DNA of 64,000 bases from an uncultured Candidatus Saccharibacteria bacterium (GTDB lineage: Bacteria > Patescibacteriota > Minisyncoccia > Phycocordibacterales > UBA918): NCBI GenBank assembly GCA_964402035.1, contig CAYOAM010000001.1, forward strand, positions 24,261 through 88,260. The letters are read 5' to 3'. Positions within the stretch are counted from its first letter, which is position 1, and each line of letters opens with the position of its first letter. A program made the translations under genes and the position numbers. Below, in pieces: positions 56,525-64,000 of this stretch. Under the pieces are notes generated by a model. That model made no database searches. It worked only from the letters and a program-made list of their open reading frames with translations, and was not told the DNA's origin.

Positions 56525-57796
56525 ATGCTAGATATCAAATTCATTCGCGAAAACGTTGAACTTTTTAAAGAGGGTGCAAAAAAGAAGCACCTCACGGTTG
56601 ATTTTGATGCACTCATTACTCTCGATGATAAACGTCGCGCTATTCTCCTTTCGGTTGAGGCAAAGAAGGCAGAACAGAATCGAGTCTCTGGTGATATAGC
56701 GCGACTAAAGGAGCCTAGTGCTCGTGAGCAGCTGGTTGCTGAGATGAAAGTGCTTAAAGAAGAAATACAGGCAGAAGAAGAGGAGTTGAAAGTTGTGATG
56801 AAAGATTGGCAGTTACTTATGGTGCAGGTGCCAAATATTCCTGATATGTCAGTACCGGAAGGTGCTGACGATAGCGGAAATGTCGAAGTACGTACCTGGG
56901 GTGACATCCCTCAGTTTGCATTTGAACCAAAGAGTCATGTGGAGCTCATGCTCGCGCACAACATGGCCGATTTTGAACGAGGTACCAAGGTTGCTGGTTT
57001 CCGTGGATATTTCCTATCAGGAGCCGGTGCCTTACTCAACTTTGCCCTATGGAATTTTGCTTTTGATTTTATTTCTAAGCGCGATCCACGGTTTATACCA
57101 TTGTTGGTACCATCACTCATTCGTCGAGAACCATTTCTTGGTACCGGGTACTTGCCACAAAGTGAAGAAGATCTGTATAAGACCCAGGATGGGGAATATC
57201 TGGCAGGTACATCCGAAGTAGGTGCAATGGCATACTATATGGACGAAGTGGTGCCGCTTGATGCGCTGCCGATAAAATTTTTCTGTTTTTCACCATGTTT
57301 TAGGCGCGAAGCAGGTAGTCATGGAAAAGATACCAAAGGACTGATGCGTGTTCACGAATTTTTTAAGTTTGAACAAGTAATCCTCTGCGAAGCCCGACAT
57401 GAAGAGTCAGTACGATTTCATGAAGAGCTGACCGCAAATGCTGAGGCGTTGATGCAGGCGCTCAAGATCCCTCACCATGTCGTAGTAAATTGTGGTGGAG
57501 ATTTAGGCCTCGGGCAAGTAAAAAAATATGATATTGAGGCATGGGTACCGAGTGAAAAACGGTATCGCGAGACGCATTCTGCATCTTACTTCCACGATTT
57601 TCAAACACGACGCCTCAATATTCGCTATCGCGATGCTGAGGGGCACATGCGCTTTGCTCACTCACTCAACAATACTGCAGCCGCAACTCCGCGACTCTTG
57701 ATACCGCTTATTGAAAACAATCAGCGCGCTGATGGTAGTATCGCAATCCCCGAAGTCTTGCAACCGTATATGGGAGGTAGGACCGAAATCGCGTAA
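56525..57796 (+). CDS. serS: Serine--tRNA ligase
   Basis: MLDIKFIR, FRREAGS.G.D..G..RVH.F.K.E, H.LN. Confidence 0.97.
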   Translation: MLDIKFIRENVELFKEGAKKKHLTVDFDALITLDDKRRAILLSVEAKKAEQNRVSGDIARLKEPSAREQLVAEMKVLKEEIQAEEEELKVVMKDWQLLMVQVPNIPDMSVPEGADDSGNVEVRTWGDIPQFAFEPKSHVELMLAHNMADFERGTKVAGFRGYFLSGAGALLNFALWNFAFDFISKRDPRFIPLLVPSLIRREPFLGTGYLPQSEEDLYKTQDGEYLAGTSEVGAMAYYMDEVVPLDALPIKFFCFSPCFRREAGSHGKDTKGLMRVHEFFKFEQVILCEARHEESVRFHEELTANAEALMQALKIPHHVVVNCGGDLGLGQVKKYDIEAWVPSEKRYRETHSASYFHDFQTRRLNIRYRDAEGHMRFAHSLNNTAAATPRLLIPLIENNQRADGSIAIPEVLQPYMGGRTEIA

Positions 57797-57807
57797 TATG
57801 TGGGTGT

Positions 57808-58743
57808 ATGGCTTGGTTTACAAAAAGCACGATTCGATCGCGCCGCAGGGAAGTGCGTCAAAATAGAAAAAGGCTTATCGCTTCAAGTCTGGGCGCTTTG
57901 GCAGTGCTCCTGTTAGCAGGTGGTGTTTTTTATGGAGCTCGCCGAGAAGCCGTCACTATTTCGCACATTACGGTCGCTGGAGGTGCAACAGTCCCTCATG
58001 ATCTCATTGAAGAGCGTGTTGAGACCGTTCTTTCTGGTACGTATGCATTATTTATACCGCGACGTTTTTCTTTTTTATTCCCGAGAGAAGAGATCATCGA
58101 GGCGCTCAATAGTATTCCTCGCGTCCATAATGCTAACGTTGTACGTTCCTCTCGTGACACACTCAACGTCTCATTTGAAGAGTACGTTCCGAACGCGCTC
58201 TGGTGCGCAGATGCATCGAGTACCCAGTGCTACTTTATAGACGTGCAGGGTTTGGCGTATGCTGAGGCTCCGGCATTGCAGGGGGAAACCTTGGTGCGAT
58301 TTATTCGCGAAGAAAAAGCACCAGTGCGCGGCGAGTATGTGTACGATACAGAAAAGCTCCTTTCGCTCCGCCAGCTCTCGCAGGTCGTGCGTGACACATA
58401 CGCGCTACGGGTGCGGTCTATCACGGAAACCAAAGACCATGATCTGGTGATGCGTCTCACTGATGGTGTGAGTCTATTGATGCCGTATGATACACAGAGT
58501 GACGATGTAGTTGAAAAAATTGCCTCCATTTTAAGCGCAAAAGAATTTGAAGGTTTAGCATTGCGTGATTTTGAATATATTGACGTCCGCTTTGGAAATA
58601 AGGTATATGTACGGAAGCTTGGAGCACTTGAAGAGATTGCCGCGAAGGAAGCCGCAGAGCTAGAAAAGCAAAACATGCAGGATAGCCTATTGCCAGGAGA
58701 TGATGAAGAAGTGAGGACTTCGACAAGCACAAGTACCCGTTAA
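57808..58743 (+). CDS. FtsQ/DivIB-like POTRA protein
   Basis: Basic N-terminus, TM helix, I..I.V.G, YIDVRFGNKVY. Confidence 0.75.
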   Translation: MAWFTKSTIRSRRREVRQNRKRLIASSLGALAVLLLAGGVFYGARREAVTISHITVAGGATVPHDLIEERVETVLSGTYALFIPRRFSFLFPREEIIEALNSIPRVHNANVVRSSRDTLNVSFEEYVPNALWCADASSTQCYFIDVQGLAYAEAPALQGETLVRFIREEKAPVRGEYVYDTEKLLSLRQLSQVVRDTYALRVRSITETKDHDLVMRLTDGVSLLMPYDTQSDDVVEKIASILSAKEFEGLALRDFEYIDVRFGNKVYVRKLGALEEIAAKEAAELEKQNMQDSLLPGDDEEVRTSTSTSTR

Positions 58744-58751
58744 CCCGTTCT

Positions 58752-59750
58752 ATGTTTTGGGAAAAACTCACTAAACCATTTTTTGTATTAGCACCGATGG
58801 CAGACGTTACGGATGCTGCTTTTCGCTTGCTTATTGCAAAGTACAGTGCGCACACTCGGAGTGACGGCACGGTGGGAGGGCCCGATGTGATGTGGACTGA
58901 ATTTGTCTCGGCTGACGGTTTAGTGCTTGCCCCAGAAGAGGGAAAACAGAAACTGCTCAAGGATTTACTTTATACGGAAGCAGAGCGCCCTATCGTTGCG
59001 CAACTTTTTTCGTCATCGCCAGCACATATGGAAGCGGCTGCCGCCATGGCCCTCGCACTTGGTTTTGATGGCGTGGATATCAATATGGGGTGCCCGGATA
59101 AATCCATTGAGAAACAAGGATGCGGTGCCGCCATGATCAAAAATCCCCCAAATGCTATCGCTGTTATTGAGGCAGCAATCCGTGGCGCGACATCAGATAA
59201 AAAAACTATTCCAGTATCGGTAAAAACGCGTCTGGGGTACAACATGGATGAACTTGAGACGTGGTTGCCTGCGATACTCTCTACTAACGTAGCGGCTGTC
59301 ACTATCCATGCGCGAACGCGAAAAGATATGTCAGATGTTCCAGCGCGGTGGGAGCGTATTGCGCGTGCTGTCGAGATACGCAACGCTTTGGGTTCGCCCG
59401 CGCGCATCATTGGAAATGGCGATGCGCTTTCAATTGCTGATGCAAAAGATAAAGCGTTGCAGTCAGGGGCAGACGGAGTGATGTTGGGGAGGGCTATTTT
59501 TGGCAACCCATGGCTCTTCCATCCGGAGCATGATCTTTCTAATGTTTCGATCGAAGAGCGTCTGCGAGTCATGGTCGAGCATACGCACCTTTTTGAAAAG
59601 CTTTTGCCACACAAAAACTTTGCAACGATGAAAAAGCACTACAAGGCGTATGTGAATGGTTTTGATGGGGCCAAAGAATTGCGTGTGCGTTTGATGGAAG
59701 CAGCAGATGCAAATGAGATAGAGCGTATTATTCAAGACTTCTTGCAATGA
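58752..59750 (+). CDS. tRNA-dihydrouridine synthase
   Basis: LAPMADVTD, TEFVS, DINMGCP, H.RT, GNGD, GVMLGR. Confidence 0.93.
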   Translation: MFWEKLTKPFFVLAPMADVTDAAFRLLIAKYSAHTRSDGTVGGPDVMWTEFVSADGLVLAPEEGKQKLLKDLLYTEAERPIVAQLFSSSPAHMEAAAAMALALGFDGVDINMGCPDKSIEKQGCGAAMIKNPPNAIAVIEAAIRGATSDKKTIPVSVKTRLGYNMDELETWLPAILSTNVAAVTIHARTRKDMSDVPARWERIARAVEIRNALGSPARIIGNGDALSIADAKDKALQSGADGVMLGRAIFGNPWLFHPEHDLSNVSIEERLRVMVEHTHLFEKLLPHKNFATMKKHYKAYVNGFDGAKELRVRLMEAADANEIERIIQDFLQ

Positions 59751-59819
59751 CTGCATATTGCGTGCTTTTGCGAGGCGGTGTACGTTGTAGAGAGATCCAT
59801 AGCTCAGGAAAGGGTTCCA

Positions 59820-60461
59820 ATGTTCGAAAGTGGTTTGATGATTGCCCGAGAATGTTTGCGAAAGGGTTTCTTCCACATTGATTGTTTGGAGCCCTTTACA
59901 CTCACTTCCGGTCTTCTATCGCCTGTATTGTGGGATGGGCAAGGTGTTCTCAGTGATCCTCTCTTGCGGCAGCTCGTGGTGCGGGCATGTGTCGCAAGGT
60001 TACCAACGGACAACAGTGTACATACGATCGCAAGTGTTCCAACGGGTGGCATTGCTTTGAGTGCAATGGTTGCAAGTACCGCAGGTCTAGGGTTACTGCA
60101 ACCAAGAAAGATAGCGAAAGTGCATGGTCTTCGCAAATCGATTGAAGGCGGTTTGATAAAAGGTAAAGGCATCTATGTCTATGAGGATGTCTTTACTCGT
60201 GGGGTATCGGCACTTGAAGTCGTGAGGCAGTTACAAGCGGCAGGTGGAAACGTTTTGGCTTGTACCGCTATGTACGCACACAATTCTACAATGGTGGAGC
60301 GAACATTTTGGGGATCAAAAGTAGCCGTAGCCTCGCTCGTTTCATTTGAAGATATCATTCGCGCTCTTCGCGAAGTACAATTCCCCAAAGATACAATCGA
60401 TGAAATCAAAACCTGGCAACGTGATCCTGAAAAATGGTCGGAGCTACGTCGGCAAAAGTGA
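59820..60461 (+). CDS. pyrE: Orotate phosphoribosyltransferase (divergent)
   Basis: PFTLTSG..SP, RK..K.HG....IEG, EDV.T.G.S, W..DP..W. Confidence 0.8.
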   Translation: MFESGLMIARECLRKGFFHIDCLEPFTLTSGLLSPVLWDGQGVLSDPLLRQLVVRACVARLPTDNSVHTIASVPTGGIALSAMVASTAGLGLLQPRKIAKVHGLRKSIEGGLIKGKGIYVYEDVFTRGVSALEVVRQLQAAGGNVLACTAMYAHNSTMVERTFWGSKVAVASLVSFEDIIRALREVQFPKDTIDEIKTWQRDPEKWSELRRQK

Positions 60462-60563
60462 TAATGTTTAATTGGATAGGGACTATAGCAGCGCAATTAC
60501 GAGCGCTGTTTTTTTGTACACGGTATGCTCGAGAATGTATCTAAAATCTGCTACACTATACCT

Positions 60564-60860
60564 ATGAGCGAGGTATTGCAGGCCAATGTATTTTTTGTGA
60601 TCACATCGATCGCGGTTGTGGCACTTACCATCTTTGTATGTGTGGCGCTCTATTACCTCATACGCATACTAAGAAATGTTCGTGATGTAACCGATCGCCT
60701 CAAGCGTGGTACTGAGCAGATCGCGGAAGACGTCATGTCGATGCGGTCGTTCGTGCATGAGGGTGTCATTGGCCTTGTTAAGTCTTCATTCAGTCGGTTT
60801 ACAGGTAAAAAAAGTTCGCGGAAAGGTACGAAGGACACCATCGATGTGGAGGAAGCTTAA
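60564..60860 (+). CDS. Small membrane protein (DUF948-like)
   Basis: ANVFF.ITS TM helix followed by an amphipathic helix. Confidence 0.65.
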   Translation: MSEVLQANVFFVITSIAVVALTIFVCVALYYLIRILRNVRDVTDRLKRGTEQIAEDVMSMRSFVHEGVIGLVKSSFSRFTGKKSSRKGTKDTIDVEEA

Positions 60861-60885
60861 TGGTATACAAGTAATATAAAACTAT

Positions 60886-61302
60886 ATGGCCAAGAAAATT
60901 GAGTCAAAGAATCACAATGCAGGGATTGGCATCGGGGTAGGAGTCACGGCAGCACTCGTCGGTGCCGCAGGTGCATATTTCCTATACGGTAGCAAAGACG
61001 CAGCAAAAAATCGCAAAGCAGTTAAAAGTTGGACGCTCAAAGCAAAAGCCGAAGTACTTGAAGGTATTGAAAAAGCTAAAGACATGACCAAGGAAGACTA
61101 TGAAGAATTGATCAATAAGTCCGTCAAGACCTATAGCAAGCTCAAGGGCGCAAGCGCTGAGGAACTCGTATCATTTGGCAAAGAAATGAAAGCGCATTGG
61201 AAGAACCTTGAAAAGAAAGGTGTTGCAGCAACGGCGGCTCCCAAAAAAGCAGCAAAGAAAATGGTAAAGAAAGTTGCGGCAAAGATTGAAAAAGCGGTAT
61301 AA
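60886..61302 (+). CDS. YtxH-like protein
   Basis: Gly/Ala TM helix, AGAYFLYG, K-rich helix. Confidence 0.7.
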   Translation: MAKKIESKNHNAGIGIGVGVTAALVGAAGAYFLYGSKDAAKNRKAVKSWTLKAKAEVLEGIEKAKDMTKEDYEELINKSVKTYSKLKGASAEELVSFGKEMKAHWKNLEKKGVAATAAPKKAAKKMVKKVAAKIEKAV

Positions 61303-61349
61303 GTTTGTGGTAGGTAGTGGGTGGTAACGTTCTTAAGTATTGGGTTACT

Positions 61350-62213
61350 ATGTCACGATTAAAACAGCTCCTCTTTTTAGTTGGATCTGTTTTTCTTGTA
61401 TGGGGTGGAATATGGTACTTGCGATCACTTGGTGGAGAAGGCATTTCTGTGCCCCAATTTATTGTTGCAGAACACGATCCCGAGATATCTGCTGACGCCT
61501 GGCTTCTCTTTGATATGGAGACGGGAGAGATTATCAAAGACCACAATGCATCAAAAAAAGTACCCATTGCATCGGTGACAAAACTTATGACGGCTGAGGT
61601 TGCGGTCACGTCGCTTGATCTTGATGCAACGACAACGGTATCGTGGTCCGCGATTCAAACCGATGGCCGCGCTGGACGATTGAGGGCGGGTGAGAGAATC
61701 CAGACCCGCGAGCTATTGTTTCCGCTACTGCTTGAATCATCAAACGATGCCGCAGAAGAAATTGCGGAACAATACAAAAAAAATGGCAGCTTGTCCGGAG
61801 CAATGACCCGTGAAGCAAGAAATCTTGGCATGCACGAATCTTCGTTTGCTGATGCGAGTGGTTTAGCTGACGGAAATACATCAACGGCTGTGGATCTGTC
61901 TATATTGCTTCGACACCTTTTTAATAAACAACGATATCTGTTAGATATTACGACCTTGCCACAATACGTGGGGAAGGAGCATGATTGGCTCAACAATAAT
62001 CCCGTGCATGACGAATGGGGGTATCTTGGAGGAAAACATGGCTACACCGAGGAGGCGGGACGCACATTTGCCGGTGTTTTTTTAGAACATTTAAAAGGTG
62101 GTGATAAGCGCGAGATTGGTATGGTGTTGCTGCATAGTGATGATATACGTAGTGATGTGCGTACACTCCGTACCTATCTGCGCGAGGAGGTTGCGTACGC
62201 TGTTGCCCTGTAG
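61350..62213 (+). CDS. D-Ala-D-Ala carboxypeptidase (S11)
   Basis: ASVTKLMT (SxxK), SSN, KHGYT. Confidence 0.88.
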   Translation: MSRLKQLLFLVGSVFLVWGGIWYLRSLGGEGISVPQFIVAEHDPEISADAWLLFDMETGEIIKDHNASKKVPIASVTKLMTAEVAVTSLDLDATTTVSWSAIQTDGRAGRLRAGERIQTRELLFPLLLESSNDAAEEIAEQYKKNGSLSGAMTREARNLGMHESSFADASGLADGNTSTAVDLSILLRHLFNKQRYLLDITTLPQYVGKEHDWLNNNPVHDEWGYLGGKHGYTEEAGRTFAGVFLEHLKGGDKREIGMVLLHSDDIRSDVRTLRTYLREEVAYAVAL

Positions 62214-62231
62214 CAAGCTCCATCTGCTATA

Positions 62232-63305
62232 ATGCGCGAGTTATTAAACTATATGGGAGAACCTAAAAAGAAAGACATCAATCAAACAGTACTGTACCGA
62301 AAATATCGCCCGTCGTCTTTTGATGCTGTGCGTGGGCAGGATCATGTGACTGCTGCACTCATGGGCGCTATTTCAAAGAATCAGGTACCACATGCGCTCC
62401 TTTTTGCGGGTCCTCGCGGTACGGGGAAGACCAGTGTGGCGCGCATTTTTGCGCGCGAAATAGGCACAAAAGACATTGATATTTACGAAATAGATGCTGC
62501 ATCAAATCGCGGTATCGATGATGTGCGCGCATTGCGTGAAGCAGCACTCACACTGCCGTATGAATCTGAAAGAAAAGTGTACATCATTGATGAGGTACAT
62601 ATGCTTACGAAGGAAGCTTTCAATGCACTCCTTAAAACGCTTGAAGAGCCGCCGCGTCACGTGGTGTTTATACTCGCAACCACCGAGGTTGATGCGCTCC
62701 TCGATACTATTACTTCGCGTTGCCAGGTATATCGTTTCAATGCACCGACGCGAGCCATGCTCCGCGACGTCATTCTCGATGTCGCAAAAAAGGAATCGTT
62801 TACCTTAACACCCGATGGCGCAGATCTTATTGCTATCGCTGCTGACGGATCGTTTCGAGATGCGCTTGGTATAACCCAAAAAGTTATTACTGCATCGACG
62901 GACCCTAAAGCCAATGCTGATGAAGTTGCACGGATTGTCGGAGCACCGCGTGGAGCGCTACTCATGGATATCGTTTTGGGTATTCATGAACGCACCGCAG
63001 AAAAAGCATTGCATGCACTCAAGGAAGCAGGGGAGGCGTCGCTTGATATCAAACTGTTTACACGACTCCTTCTTGAACGTATGCGTGCAGTGATGCTCTT
63101 TCGAAATGCTCCCAAAGATGCAGAGTCATATCTTGTAAACTATACCGCTGAAGATCGTGCATTGATTGAGTCTATAGCTAAAGATCCAAAAACGCCGATC
63201 AATTCTAAAACACTCCTCCGCTTTCTTGAAGCCTCGGAGATGGTGGGGCGTACACATATAGCAGTGTTGCCACTTGAACTTGCAGTTATTGATGTATGCG
63301 TATAG
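62232..63305 (+). CDS. dnaX: DNA polymerase III gamma/tau (short)
   Basis: LYRKYRP, GPRGTGKT, EIDAAS, IIDEVHML, SRC. Confidence 0.95.
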   Translation: MRELLNYMGEPKKKDINQTVLYRKYRPSSFDAVRGQDHVTAALMGAISKNQVPHALLFAGPRGTGKTSVARIFAREIGTKDIDIYEIDAASNRGIDDVRALREAALTLPYESERKVYIIDEVHMLTKEAFNALLKTLEEPPRHVVFILATTEVDALLDTITSRCQVYRFNAPTRAMLRDVILDVAKKESFTLTPDGADLIAIAADGSFRDALGITQKVITASTDPKANADEVARIVGAPRGALLMDIVLGIHERTAEKALHALKEAGEASLDIKLFTRLLLERMRAVMLFRNAPKDAESYLVNYTAEDRALIESIAKDPKTPINSKTLLRFLEASEMVGRTHIAVLPLELAVIDVCV

Positions 63306-63309
63306 CTAT

Positions 63310-63957
63310 ATGAAACGCGTCTATTTTGTCCGTCATGGTGAAAGTGAATCCAATATCACCGAGGTGGTGCAGGGACTAAGTGACCCACTTTCACTTGAAG
63401 GGGAACGGCAAGCGCTCCTTATTGCAGAGCGCGCAAAGAATCTTGATTTTGAAATACTACTTTCGAGCGATGCAGTACGTGCACGAAATACCGCAGACGC
63501 CATCTCAAAAGCCACTCAAAAATCAGTGGTAGAGTCTGCACACTTTCGTGAAATACGTCGCCCAACATCTCTCATTGGTATCAGTAATGCTACGGCCGTG
63601 TACAAAGATTTTTTGAAAGCAGAGTATGAGCATCGACAAGATGCTTCGTGGCGATTTGAGGATGAAGAAAATTATCATGATTCGGTGCAGCGCGCACAAG
63701 AAGCGCTTGCGCTCTTGTGCGCGCAAACTGCTGACGATGTCCTAGTGGTGACTCACGGGCATTTCTTGCGCTTCATGCTTGCGGTGATGGTCATGGGGGA
63801 GGCACTGACGCCAGATCTTTGGTATACGTTTGGTAATCGATTTAAAGTCTCCAACACTGGCATCACGACCTGCATCCGTGAACCTATTCCTCGGCAAACA
63901 ACGGATGATGCGTGGCGTATCTTGACATGGAACGATCATGCTCACTTTGCTGAGTAA
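63310..63957 (+). CDS. Histidine phosphatase family protein
   Basis: VRHGES, RA..TA, VTHG, N. Confidence 0.92.
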   Translation: MKRVYFVRHGESESNITEVVQGLSDPLSLEGERQALLIAERAKNLDFEILLSSDAVRARNTADAISKATQKSVVESAHFREIRRPTSLIGISNATAVYKDFLKAEYEHRQDASWRFEDEENYHDSVQRAQEALALLCAQTADDVLVVTHGHFLRFMLAVMVMGEALTPDLWYTFGNRFKVSNTGITTCIREPIPRQTTDDAWRILTWNDHAHFAE

Positions 63958-64000
63958 TGTACAGCGTACAATAACTGTTTTCTTAGGAATGGTAGGATAT

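Overview
This looks like a chromosomal segment of a Patescibacteria/CPR genome (Parcubacteria, Kaiserbacteria-like). The call is an inference from the short IF-2, the DnaX lacking its Zn module, the TrbC/VirB2-like pilin cluster after gyrA and the degenerate second HisRS. Genes read in code 11. The housekeeping backbone is ftsA (partial), ybeY, rpsU, lepB, pth, rpsA, gyrA, rbfA, infB, a cysteine desulfurase, clpB, miaA, ahpC, pyrF, parB, relA/spoT, topA, dprA, serS, dus, pyrE and dnaX, with seven tRNA genes. The strongest signal is non-coding: every tRNA has accessory structure. (i) A three-hairpin module of about 90-170 bp, with conserved linkers and variable stems, occurs 9 times, always at tRNA 3' ends (tandem x3 at Leu-TAG, x4 at Lys, single at Cys and at a displaced Tyr 3' copy). 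(ii) A second element carries an antisense copy of the T-arm (Leu-TAA, Trp). (iii) tRNA 5' fragments with a palindrome at the D-loop position occur upstream of two tRNAs, and two of them bracket a minimal GIY-YIG nuclease gene. A 6-kb integrase-free island at tRNA-Tyr encodes an aminotransferase, a 2OG-Fe(II) oxygenase, an oxidoreductase, an S51 peptidase and a truncated AlaRS paralog. Also noted are pilin-muralytic enzyme fusions and an NYN RNase gene with a convergent promoter-driven hairpin RNA. All calls were made by eye from motifs; no searches or folding programs were run.
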